64,000 nucleotides of DNA, taken from Desulfurivibrionaceae bacterium (lineage in GTDB: Bacteria; Desulfobacterota; Desulfobulbia; Desulfobulbales; UBA5123). Numbering within the stretch: the stretch's first letter is position 1; every line of letters begins with the position of its first letter. Below the pieces are notes generated by a model. The model was not told where the DNA came from. It ran no database searches and saw nothing but the letters and a program-made list of their open reading frames with translations. Shown here piece after piece: positions 1-8,531 of this stretch. The position numbers and the translations under genes were made by a program. The stretch lies in the NCBI GenBank assembly GCA_030145325.1, contig JAQYVW010000004.1, forward strand, positions 24,060 to 88,059, in the 5' to 3' direction.

Positions 1-1
1 C

Positions 2-652
2 CGTGATGAGTTTTTTAAGGATTTGCGCGGCGGCGCCAGCCGAGCCTGGGCAGAATTTGCCCTGGATAGTGGGATCTTTTTTGTTTTGTTGCCTTTTTAC
101 CAGGATTGTCTCACGGGGCCTGAAAACGTGGCCAATCGTGAGCGGTTGTTGGCTCTCTTGGCGGTTATTGACCGTGTTCATGGCGAGGGGAATTTGTTGC
201 CGGAGGAGATGCTCTTTGCCCTCTTGCTCTTGGTCTGGGCGGAGGCGGAAATGGGCTTGGGAGGTGAACCCTTAAAAGGGCCGCAAGCCTTCGCTTTCTC
301 CCGGAAGATCCGAGGGGCTTTGGATGCTAATCTTGCTGATCTGAATATCAAACGGGCCACTCGTGAAATCGTTACCGGCTTGCTGGTCAACCTGCCCATC
401 TGTGAACAGTGTGGGGCCAGTGGAAAATGGCCCAAGTGGTTACAGAAAAAAAGTTATTTCCGCGATGTGTCCCAGTTCCATGCCCTCTGCCAGGAAGCTG
501 AAAGTGGCAAGAAGGCCCAAGTGGTCTTTGCTGAAAAGGAAAAGAGACGTGACTCGCCGCAGCGCCGACCGGTTCGGAAAAAATCGTCAGGGCGTCGTTC
601 CAGCCGCCAACCGGCCTTTGCCAAGGGCGGGATCTTCGGATTAAAAAAATGA
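2..652 (+). CDS. 5'-truncated ORF of unknown function (C-terminal part of a gene that starts upstream of the window)
   Basis: The frame of ORF 23..652 has no stop back to nt 2 (RDEFFKDL...). The product ends in an Arg/Lys/Ser-rich tail (RRDSPQRRPVRKKSSGRRSSRQ). Its TGA (650-652) overlaps the bioB ATG (649). No family recognised. Confidence 0.5.
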   Translation, partial: RDEFFKDLRGGASRAWAEFALDSGIFFVLLPFYQDCLTGPENVANRERLLALLAVIDRVHGEGNLLPEEMLFALLLLVWAEAEMGLGGEPLKGPQAFAFSRKIRGALDANLADLNIKRATREIVTGLLVNLPICEQCGASGKWPKWLQKKSYFRDVSQFHALCQEAESGKKAQVVFAEKEKRRDSPQRRPVRKKSSGRRSSRQPAFAKGGIFGLKK

Positions 653-1575
653 AAATGATTTCTCCGGTCGAACTTGCTGCTTTGCGTAAGCTGCCCCTGG
701 CTGAGTTGATGGGGCGTGCTCTGCAGACCAAAGTCGCGCAGAGGGGGGATGCTTTTTCTCTTTGCAGTATCATCAACGCGAAGTCCGGCAAGTGCAGTGA
801 GGATTGCCGCTTTTGCGTGCAGTCCGGTCATTACGAGACCGATGCGCCGGTGTACCCGTTGCAGGACGAAACGGCGGTTCTTGACGCGGCGGTGGAAGCA
901 AAACGCATTGGCGCCAAGCATTTCTCCATTGTTACCAGTGGTCGGGGGCTGGCGGGAAAGGATCTTGAGCGGGTGATCACCTTGGTTGCTCTGATCCGGG
1001 AAAAGGTGGGGATCAAGGTTTGTGCTTCCCTTGGTATTCTCTCCCGTGGTGATCTTGAGCGCTTGCGGGAAGCAGGGATGTGCCGTTATCACCATAACCT
1101 TGAGACCTCCAAAGAGTTTTTCCCCCAGGTGGTTTCCACCCATACCTTTGCGGAGCGGGTTGCAACCATTGTTGCCGCCCAAGATGCAGGGTTAGAGGTT
1201 TGCGCTGGCGGGATCTTTGGTCTTGGTGAAAGCGAGGATGACCGTATCTCCATGGGCATGACCTTACGGGATCTGCAGGTTGATTCGGTGCCGATTAATG
1301 TCTTGATTCCTCTCCCTGGCACCCCCATGGCCGCAACTGAATCGTTGCCGGTGTTGGAGATCCTTCGCAGCATCGCCCTCTATCGTCTAATCTTTCCTGA
1401 TCTTCCCATTCGTTTGGCGGCAGGCCGTGAAACCGCCTTGAGTGATTTTTTGAGCAGCGCACTCTTGGCCGGTGCCGATGGGATGATGATCGGCGGCTAT
1501 CTTACCCAGCGTGGCCGTTCCCCTGAGGATGATCACCGTCTGGTGGCGGAGATGAAGCGGATATGGCGCAGCTGA
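649..1575 (+). CDS. bioB: biotin synthase (radical SAM)
   Basis: 308 aa. Radical-SAM CxxxCxxC motif (CSEDCRFCVQS), plus YHHNLETS and GLGES blocks typical of BioB. Followed by bioF. Confidence 0.9.
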   Translation: MKMISPVELAALRKLPLAELMGRALQTKVAQRGDAFSLCSIINAKSGKCSEDCRFCVQSGHYETDAPVYPLQDETAVLDAAVEAKRIGAKHFSIVTSGRGLAGKDLERVITLVALIREKVGIKVCASLGILSRGDLERLREAGMCRYHHNLETSKEFFPQVVSTHTFAERVATIVAAQDAGLEVCAGGIFGLGESEDDRISMGMTLRDLQVDSVPINVLIPLPGTPMAATESLPVLEILRSIALYRLIFPDLPIRLAAGRETALSDFLSSALLAGADGMMIGGYLTQRGRSPEDDHRLVAEMKRIWRS

Positions 1576-2750
1576 GCCATTGGCTTGATCAGCGCCGCCG
1601 CACTGGTGGTCTGCGTGAATTGCGACCGGTGGTGCGGCTTGGCAATGGCCGCATCCGTCTTGCCGATCTTCCCGATTCACTCCCCTTACTGGATTTTTCC
1701 TCCAACGATTATCTCGCCCTCTCCGCCCATCCGGCCCTCATGGAAAGCGGGCAGCGAGCCTTGGCTGAGCTTGGCGCGGGTTCCGGGGCGGCCCGGTTGA
1801 TGAGCGGCGATCTCCTCATCCATCATCAGTTGGAAGAAGCGGTGACCAGCCTCAAGGGTAAGGAGGCAGCGCTGTTGTTCGGTTCCGGCTTTATGGCCAA
1901 CGCCGGGGTGATCCCGGCCTTGGTAGGGCGGGGCGACACCATCTATATCGACCGTCTGGATCACGCTAGCATCTACGACGGCTGCCAGTTATCCGGGGCT
2001 AAGCTGCACCGGTTCCGTCATAACGATCTCGCCCATCTCGAAGAACTCCTGCAAAAAAATCCCGCCGACGGCCAATCCCTGGTGGTGGTGGAATCCATCT
2101 ACAGCATGGACGGTGACCGTTGCCCATTGCCAGAACTGGTTCGGTTACGCAAGCGTTACGGTTTTCTCCTCTTGGTGGATGAGGCGCACGGAACCGGTCT
2201 CTTTGGGCCTAACGGCGGCGGGGTGGTGGAAGCGGATGGGGTGGGTGACGAGGTTGATCTGGTCATGGGCACCTTCGGCAAGGCGCTGGGCAGTTACGGT
2301 GCGTATCTCGCCGGCAGCCAAGAGATGATCGATTATCTGCTTAACCGGGCGCGGAGTTTTATCTATTCCACCGCGTTACCTCCGGCGGTGGTGGCTTCCT
2401 CGCTTGCCGCAGTAGAGTTGGTCCGGCAGTCTTCCGAGCTGCGGGATGATCTCTGGCAAAGGGTAACGTTCTTCAAGAAATGTCTGTGTGACGGCGGCCT
2501 GAAGGTTGATCTCGGCCCAACCCAGATTATCCCGATCACCGTGGGAGCCAGCGACCGCGCCCTGCAAATGGCCAAAGGGTTGCAGAAGCGAGGGGTTTTT
2601 GCCACCGCTGTCCGCCCGCCCACCGTCCCGGAAAACTCTGCCCGCCTCAGGTTCTCCGTTACCCGTCATCTCGGAGTGGAGCAGCTCGCAGAAGGAGCCC
2701 AAGCGCTGCTGGCGGTGGTCAAAGACTTTGCTCCAGAACTGCTGGTCTGA
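1563..2750 (+). CDS. bioF: 8-amino-7-oxononanoate synthase (PLP-dependent alpha-oxoamine synthase)
   Basis: 395 aa. SNDYLALS, VDEAHGTG and GTFGKALGSYGAY (PLP lysine) motifs. 13-nt overlap with bioB. Confidence 0.85.
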   Translation: MAQLSHWLDQRRRTGGLRELRPVVRLGNGRIRLADLPDSLPLLDFSSNDYLALSAHPALMESGQRALAELGAGSGAARLMSGDLLIHHQLEEAVTSLKGKEAALLFGSGFMANAGVIPALVGRGDTIYIDRLDHASIYDGCQLSGAKLHRFRHNDLAHLEELLQKNPADGQSLVVVESIYSMDGDRCPLPELVRLRKRYGFLLLVDEAHGTGLFGPNGGGVVEADGVGDEVDLVMGTFGKALGSYGAYLAGSQEMIDYLLNRARSFIYSTALPPAVVASSLAAVELVRQSSELRDDLWQRVTFFKKCLCDGGLKVDLGPTQIIPITVGASDRALQMAKGLQKRGVFATAVRPPTVPENSARLRFSVTRHLGVEQLAEGAQALLAVVKDFAPELLV

Positions 2751-2887
2751 TCCTTTCTTTATTTCTCTTTTCATGGCAATCTGAGTAGTTAGTATAAATT
2801 TTTAAATACCAGTAGGATCTGCCGCCGCCCCAAGCGCGACGATTTGACTATCGGTGATCGTGCCATCCCAAAACAAGACCTTTCTCC

Positions 2888-4057
2888 ATGCAAAAACAAG
2901 TGTTGATCCCACTACTACTTTCCGTCTTCATCGCCCTCTTGGGGATTGGGATTATTGTGCCGGTGATGCCGGTGTTTGCCGAAAGCCTGGGGGCGGGAGG
3001 ACTGGCCTTAGGTTTTATCATTGCCGTCTTTTCCATTACCCGGGGATTCTGTCAGCCGGTGGTGGGGAATCTTTCTGACCGTTGGGGGAGGAAGGGTTTT
3101 CTCCTGGGTGGACTGGCCGTCTTCGGGGTGGTCGGTCTGCTGATCCCCGAGGCCAAATCAATTGGCACCCTGCTCTTGATCCGCGCTCTGCATGGCGTAG
3201 GCTCGGCGATGATCGTGCCGGTTGCCATGGCCTATGTTAGCGATTTGGCCCCGGTGGGCAATGAAGGCCGTTATATGGGGATGCTGAACATTGCCATCTT
3301 TGCCGGGATCGGCAGTGGCCCGTTGCTTGGCGGAATTTTCACCGATCGCTGGGGCATGGCCTCGGCCTTCTACTTCATGGCCGGTTTCAGTTTCCTGGCT
3401 CTGTTGCTGATCATGCTGCAGTTGCCGGCCACCCCGGCCACCTTACGAAATGTTAAGCAGCAAGATGGAACAATCAAATCGTTACGGATATTGCTGAGCA
3501 CCCGCCGCACCACCGGAATATTACTGGCGCGCATGGGGACCATGATCATCATGGTCCCCACCATGGCCTTTCTCCCTTTACTGATGCACCAAGCCTTCCA
3601 GGCCACCGGCAAGCAGGTCGGGATGGTCATTGCCGCTCGTACCTTGGTCAACGCTCTGTTGCAGACCCCATGCGGTCGATTGGCTGACAAGCTGGACAAG
3701 GTCCGTTTGCTCTTCCTCGGTAGCCTGGTAATCAGCCTTGTGATGTGCGTCATCCCCTTGGCCGACAACTTCTGGAGCCTGATGGTCTTGTTCGTCGTTA
3801 TGGGCTGCGGTGAGGCGATCATCTGGCCAACCTTGGGGGCGTTGGCCACTGAAGAGGGTCGGCGATATGGTCACGGCACCATGATGGGGGCATTCAACCT
3901 CGCCATGAGCTGCGGCGTTTTTGTCGGTGCCATCGGGGCGGGTTACACCACCGACCGGTTCGGACTCCACTGGTCTTTCCCGATAATTGGCCTCTTGGTC
4001 CTCGGTCTAACCATGGTTGCCACCCGGATCATCAAGTGCGATCCGGTGGCGGTATGA
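2888..4057 (+). CDS. MFS transporter
   Basis: 389 aa, hydrophobic throughout with about 12 TM-like segments. MFS motif-A-like GNLSDRWGRKG between TM2 and TM3. Confidence 0.8.
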   Translation: MQKQVLIPLLLSVFIALLGIGIIVPVMPVFAESLGAGGLALGFIIAVFSITRGFCQPVVGNLSDRWGRKGFLLGGLAVFGVVGLLIPEAKSIGTLLLIRALHGVGSAMIVPVAMAYVSDLAPVGNEGRYMGMLNIAIFAGIGSGPLLGGIFTDRWGMASAFYFMAGFSFLALLLIMLQLPATPATLRNVKQQDGTIKSLRILLSTRRTTGILLARMGTMIIMVPTMAFLPLLMHQAFQATGKQVGMVIAARTLVNALLQTPCGRLADKLDKVRLLFLGSLVISLVMCVIPLADNFWSLMVLFVVMGCGEAIIWPTLGALATEEGRRYGHGTMMGAFNLAMSCGVFVGAIGAGYTTDRFGLHWSFPIIGLLVLGLTMVATRIIKCDPVAV

Positions 4058-4127
4058 CTAGGTGGTATGTGTTCTACTTAAGGGGGCGTATCTTTATTCT
4101 TGACCGTCTCCAAAAATCCCTGGTGCT

Positions 4128-4892
4128 TTATTGCGCGAACCAACGAACAAGATTCCGGGCCAAGTGAAGATTGCCCTCCGAGAGAAATCGATTCTGAAAA
4201 ATTGCGTCATCGCCAAAAACAACAAAGGTTCCCTCACCGACTTGGCCAGTGAGGACCATGGTAAATGACTGCACCGGTTCTTTATTGTTGACCGCACCGT
4301 CTCGATTTAGATCCAACCAAGCCTGGGGGCTGGTTTGGGCAATGATCTGCCCGTCTTTTTTTACATCCAACAAAGCCCAACCGCCATAGATGTTGAAACT
4401 TGTCACGCCTCGGGTTAACGGATGTGGGGTGAGGTTCTTCACCCGAAAATCGCTCCCCTTAACACCGATGGCATTGGTCTGATCCCTAACCACTGCCTTT
4501 GACACGGCAATACTAAGCTTGGGCAGCAGATGATAAAATGGCTGGCCAATATGCAGCATGAGCGCAAGTTTGCCGCCCCGACCAAGGAACGCCATGATTA
4601 CCGCCACTTCCTGCGGAGAAATCGGGACAAAGGGGCCGGAAATCACCAGAACCTGGACATCCTTGAGCAGGGCAGCGGTGAGCATGGTGGTGCTTGTCCG
4701 AACCAGGGCGCCCTCTTCAGTAAAAAGCCCGGCAAAACCGGAAAGATCAAGGGGGCGGTTGCTCTTTGGCAAGAAGCGCTGCCCATGGTACTGGTCAAAA
4801 AGTACCACTGGCGCGGCGCGAAGGGATGGCACGATAACAAGAAAAACCAGAAAACAATAAAGCGATATTTGCCCGAGCACGGATCTTTTCAT
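4128..4892 (-). CDS. secreted hypothetical protein (DUF4350-like, weak assignment)
   Basis: ORF 4128..4970 trimmed to the internal ATG (MKRSVLGQISLYCFLVFLVIVPSLRA) that starts a signal-peptide-like segment. No catalytic motif recognised. Confidence 0.55.
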   Translation of the reverse strand: MKRSVLGQISLYCFLVFLVIVPSLRAAPVVLFDQYHGQRFLPKSNRPLDLSGFAGLFTEEGALVRTSTTMLTAALLKDVQVLVISGPFVPISPQEVAVIMAFLGRGGKLALMLHIGQPFYHLLPKLSIAVSKAVVRDQTNAIGVKGSDFRVKNLTPHPLTRGVTSFNIYGGWALLDVKKDGQIIAQTSPQAWLDLNRDGAVNNKEPVQSFTMVLTGQVGEGTFVVFGDDAIFQNRFLSEGNLHLARNLVRWFAQ

Positions 4893-4993
4893 TTTCCCCC
4901 CATTCAAAAAGGGTTTGTGAGTTTGCTTCTGAAGCTGTTTGTTCGGGTTGAAAGGTAAGTGGGAACTCAAGTGCTTAGGGAGAATTTGAAGGT

Positions 4994-5302
4994 TTATAAA
5001 TCTTCATGTGGCACCTTTCCTTGGTGAAAGGATATTTTTGCTGATTTTTTGTAGGTAGGGTGGTGCTTGCACTTCTTTCGACAGTAACCAAATTTGACAT
5101 GGAACAAAAAGAGGCAGTCATCACAGAGCTTGGGATACGGAAGTTTATACCACTTCCTGTTGTCCACGATTCGGCACCACAAGATAAAAAGGAGTAAGGC
5201 CAAGATAATCATCCCGTTGGTAAAGAAAATCAACGGAGCCCCTGGCCCGCCAGAACTTAAAGCAGCGTCCGAAATAGCTTTTAGATAAATATCAGTATTC
5301 AT
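4994..5302 (-). CDS. small hypothetical membrane protein with Cys/Lys-rich C-terminus
   Basis: ORF 4994..5353. One clear TM segment (IILALLLFILWC). Start chosen at the internal ATG (MNTDIY). No homology recognised and coding status is uncertain. Confidence 0.3.
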   Translation of the reverse strand: MNTDIYLKAISDAALSSGGPGAPLIFFTNGMIILALLLFILWCRIVDNRKWYKLPYPKLCDDCLFLFHVKFGYCRKKCKHHPTYKKSAKISFHQGKVPHEDL

Positions 5303-5429
5303 ATCGCCTGTTTTTTTTAGGGAACTAATCACCGGGTATCGAGGAAATATCAATACTTTTTTAATTATTGAAAGCCCTCTTTCTTTTTCCCCTCCTTACT
5401 TCATGACCTAGAATAGATCTTCTCTTAAA

Positions 5430-6029
5430 TTACTGTCCATTGTTTTTCTTTCCTGCCAGCCAATACGCAGCAATTCCTGCCAGCCCCAGAATGTAGCCGA
5501 TGCCTCCCAGGATGTCGTGGAGCCTCACCTTCTCTTCGTAGGACTCGATCTGCTCGCGGAGCGGACGGATATTGCGGGCCACCGTTACGTCGATGAGGGC
5601 CGCCAGGGCATCTTGAGAGCTGGTTGCGGCAACGGGTTGCCTTGGTGGCGGGGAGAGTGGTTGAGCGGCAACGGTGTTGTCTGCGGGCAGAGAGGCGGGC
5701 AGCTCTGCGGCTTGGATCATGAAGGAGGTGCGGTGACCGTCGCCGGTGTCCATTTCGAAGTGAAGATCGCTTCGTTTTTGTGGACTGAAGCTGAAAGCGC
5801 CGTTGCCATCCGTTTCCACCTCCGCCAGTTTTTGCTTATTGCCGTCAAAGATTTCCACCTTGTCATGGGGTAGGCGAACCCCGCCCGGTGCATAGGCATA
5901 GCCGTTCACCACCGTTCCTTCAGCCATGGCGAAGATTTTGATCTTATGGGCCTGCACTGGGTTGGCCAGGAGCAGGATAGCCGTGACAAGTAGGATGGTG
6001 CTTTTAATGGCTGGCTGGATGGTGGGCAT
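5430..6029 (-). CDS. nickel/cobalt transport accessory protein (NikL-like: signal peptide, periplasmic beta-rich domain, C-terminal TM)
   Basis: 199 aa. N-terminal signal peptide (LLLANPVQA), a beta-sandwich-like segment (VEIFDGNKQKLAEVETDGNGAFSF), and a C-terminal TM (ILGGIGYILGLAGIAAYW). Lies immediately downstream of the CbiM/NikM gene. Confidence 0.6.
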   Translation of the reverse strand: MPTIQPAIKSTILLVTAILLLANPVQAHKIKIFAMAEGTVVNGYAYAPGGVRLPHDKVEIFDGNKQKLAEVETDGNGAFSFSPQKRSDLHFEMDTGDGHRTSFMIQAAELPASLPADNTVAAQPLSPPPRQPVAATSSQDALAALIDVTVARNIRPLREQIESYEEKVRLHDILGGIGYILGLAGIAAYWLAGKKNNGQ

Positions 6030-6053
6030 GGCTTGGTCTCCGCAGGATTGAGA

Positions 6054-6665
6054 TTATTCTTTGGTGGTCAGGAGGAAAACGGGGTGCACCCGTTTCAGGA
6101 AAACCACCGCCGAGCCGGTCAATATCCCTTCCACTGCTATTACCGGCAGGTGGGCAAAGAGGATGGCGGTGGCGACGCCGGTGAATTCTCGACTGGAAAA
6201 AAAGAGGGTGGCGGCAAGAAGTACCCCACTTGCCGCCACGGCACTGGCCCCTGCTCCGAAGGCGATCAGGAAGGTTGCGCGTCGGGAAAGTTCCTTGCGG
6301 AGGAAGGGGGTAAAGAGGTAATGGCAGCAGATGGCGGGAAGCGCCATGTTGACCGTGTTGACCCCCAGAACCGTGATCCCCCCGTAGCCAAAGAGCAGCG
6401 CCTGTAAAAAGAGGGCCACCAGCAGAGCTGGGAATGCCGCCCAGCCCAGGATGATGCCGGTGAGGCCGTTCATCAACAGGTGGACCTGCCCCGGCCCCAC
6501 CGGGAGATGGATCAGGCTAGCAATGAAAAAGCCGGCGGTGAGTACCGCCACCTGGGGGATCTGACGGTAATCCATTTTTTTGAGTCCGATCCCCACCCCT
6601 CCTGCGGCAATGGTGGTGCTGGCCACAAGGACTGGCAGGGAGACAATGCCGTCTGCGATATGCAT
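6054..6665 (-). CDS. nikM: CbiM/NikM family Ni/Co energy-coupling-factor transporter substrate-capture subunit
   Basis: 203 aa. Starts with the family-diagnostic MHIADG N-terminus and is multi-TM. Flanked by NikK-like and NikL-like genes and preceded by nikR. Confidence 0.85.
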   Translation of the reverse strand: MHIADGIVSLPVLVASTTIAAGGVGIGLKKMDYRQIPQVAVLTAGFFIASLIHLPVGPGQVHLLMNGLTGIILGWAAFPALLVALFLQALLFGYGGITVLGVNTVNMALPAICCHYLFTPFLRKELSRRATFLIAFGAGASAVAASGVLLAATLFFSSREFTGVATAILFAHLPVIAVEGILTGSAVVFLKRVHPVFLLTTKE

Positions 6666-6682
6666 ATTCTTTTCCTTCGTGA

Positions 6683-7456
6683 TTATTGCATGTCCTGAAC
6701 GCGAACCCAGATCAGGCCACCCAGTTCCACCGCCACCGATTTGCCGTCAGGTCCGGGCAGGGGTTTGTCGCCGTCGAGGAGGGCGGCAAACGCCCACCAG
6801 CCGCTCTTGGGCATGGCATAGGCAAAAACACCATTGCTGTCTGCTTTCAGTACCTGGGTGATGAAGGGGTCGGCGGGGATTTTTATTTTCCGATCCTGAT
6901 TATAGTATTCCACCTCAACCTCGGCATAGGGCACTGGCTTGCCGTGGTGGGTGACGATACCCCGGAAGAGATTGCCGGTCCAGAGGCCGTAGGGTCGCAC
7001 CAGGGGCATTATCTCCACCGGTTGGCCCGTTGGCACATCCCATCCATCCTCGGCCCCGTAGGCGTCCACCACCACCTTGGTGTAGTGGATGATCATCTTC
7101 TGCTCGGCCGGTTCCCAGTACGGGGCCGGATCGATGAAAAAGAGATAGTCGGCAGGCTCTTTGACTGTGAAGTGGCTGCTGTAGGCCGTGGCCCCTTCGA
7201 GTTTACGGGAAATAAGGGTTTGGCGGAGGTCGCTTACCCGACCATTGGCAATGACTCCGAAGCGGGTGGGTTTTTTCATCTCCATCACCGGCCCCATTTC
7301 CATGGGATGGGTGAAACGGATATCAAGGTCGATGGTGCGGCCAGTTTTCGGGGTGATTATATCGCAGCTGGGCAGCAGGGTTTGGAAGTGGGCGCTGGCA
7401 GTGGCGGCGGTGAGCAGGACAATGAGGGTGGTGAGCAGGCTGCTACAGCGGGTCAT
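6683..7456 (-). CDS. DUF4198 periplasmic nickel-uptake protein (NikK-like)
   Basis: ORF 6683..7813 trimmed to the ATG at 7456 (MTRCSSLLTTLIVLLTAATASA signal peptide), preceded by a GGAG Shine-Dalgarno. The longer N-terminal extension is Arg/Pro-rich and overlaps nikR, so it was rejected. Confidence 0.75.
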   Translation of the reverse strand: MTRCSSLLTTLIVLLTAATASAHFQTLLPSCDIITPKTGRTIDLDIRFTHPMEMGPVMEMKKPTRFGVIANGRVSDLRQTLISRKLEGATAYSSHFTVKEPADYLFFIDPAPYWEPAEQKMIIHYTKVVVDAYGAEDGWDVPTGQPVEIMPLVRPYGLWTGNLFRGIVTHHGKPVPYAEVEVEYYNQDRKIKIPADPFITQVLKADSNGVFAYAMPKSGWWAFAALLDGDKPLPGPDGKSVAVELGGLIWVRVQDMQ

Positions 7457-7482
7457 AATTGGGATCTCCTTCTGTTTATATA

Positions 7483-7509
7483 GTGTTACCAACTCGTAGT
7501 TAGTGTTAC
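7483..7509. promoter_or_regulatory. candidate NikR operator: GTGTTAC-N13-GTGTTAC direct repeat
   Basis: Two identical TAGTGTTAC copies (GTGTTAC at 7483-7489 and 7503-7509) in the 80-bp gap between the nikR stop and the nikK start. Confidence 0.5.
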
Positions 7510-7536
7510 TGGTTGAGCAAAAAAAGGTGGTACGGG

Positions 7537-7947
7537 TCAGCGCAGGTGGTCGCCGGTGCTGCTCATGCTCAGGTGGCCGTCTTTGACCCCGCGCAAGGCA
7601 ATAAGCTGTTCGGCAAGTTTTTGTACCTTGCGAGCCTTGCCCCGAACCACAATCACTTCCAGGCAGTTGTCGTGATCCATGTGGACATGCATGCTGGAGA
7701 TAATGTGGTGGTGCAGTTCGTGTTGCAGTTCGGTGATTTTTTCCTGGAGCTGGTAGCGGTGGTGGTCGTAGACCAGGGTGATCACCCCGGCGACCTCCTT
7801 GTCTGCCTCCCACGCTTCCTGTACAAAACCCTTACGGATAAGGTCGCGAATGGCTTCCGAGCGGTTGGAATATGTTCGCAGGGCAATAAAGCGATCAAAT
7901 TCGGCCAGCAGCTTTTCTTCAAGTGAGATGGAAAATCTCTTCAGCAT
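7537..7947 (-). CDS. nikR: nickel-responsive transcriptional regulator NikR (ribbon-helix-helix plus ACT-like metal-binding domain)
   Basis: 136 aa. N-terminal RHH (FSISLEEKLLAEFD...YSNRSEAIRDLIR). His-rich metal site (HELHHHIISSMHVHMDHDNCLEV). Heads the nik operon. Confidence 0.9.
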   Translation of the reverse strand: MLKRFSISLEEKLLAEFDRFIALRTYSNRSEAIRDLIRKGFVQEAWEADKEVAGVITLVYDHHRYQLQEKITELQHELHHHIISSMHVHMDHDNCLEVIVVRGKARKVQKLAEQLIALRGVKDGHLSMSSTGDHLR

Positions 7948-8531
7948 CAGTAATACCTTTTCCGTAAAAGTGTTATGGGGTTTTTAGGATATTGACCGGA
8001 AAAGTCAAGTGTAAATTGGAATTTCCGTTAATCCTAAAAGGTACTTTTCCTGACAATAAAAAAAGGTTTCAAAAAAGTTCGTAGTCGTAGGGTGTTAACG
8101 GCTGAATGTTGTCTAAGTTCCCGTAAATACGATGGAAAAAATTATGTTCGAAAAAACGGTGGTTTGGCGTGGGGGTGAGTTTTTAGGAGTAAAATGGAGG
8201 AAATGAGAGGTAATGTCTGTTTTAGGAAAATCTTAATTAGCTAGGTGCTTGTGCATATTTTGCGATAACTTTTGAAAATCATGCGCTTTTTGCCGGTCAA
8301 GACAAAATGTCCGCAAGAAGGGGGATTGGCGGGGGGAGAGTGAGCAAACCCCCGCCAGAGCGCGGTTGTTTTTTTGTAAAGGTTAGGGTTGGGCGACTGG
8401 GTAAAATTGATCCAGATCGGCTTTGACAGGGGAGGGGCTTTTGCATAAAAAACATGTGCCGCCACAAAAAAGCGGAACCCCTTTTCTTACATACATTTTA
8501 AATATATTTCCAATAAGGACTAGTTGTCTAT
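7948..8531. promoter_or_regulatory. 584-bp AT-rich nikR/dnaA divergent intergenic region; candidate dnaA promoter and oriC-associated region
   Basis: Lies directly upstream of dnaA. Contains TTTCCGTAA-like repeats (7958, 8022, 8118) and TTTTAGGA repeats (7982, 8181, 8220; inverted at 8033). No perfect TTATCCACA box was seen. Confidence 0.35.

Noticed and set aside
7457-7813. Long N-terminal extension of the NikK-like ORF (GTG at 7813).
   Set aside because: The Arg/Pro/Gly-rich extension overlaps nikR in another frame. The internal ATG at 7456 has a Shine-Dalgarno and starts a clean signal peptide.
7948-8531. Canonical DnaA boxes (TTATCCACA / TGTGGATAA) upstream of dnaA.
   Set aside because: None were found by eye on either strand. 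Only degenerate repeats are present, so oriC is reported as a low-confidence candidate rather than a feature call.
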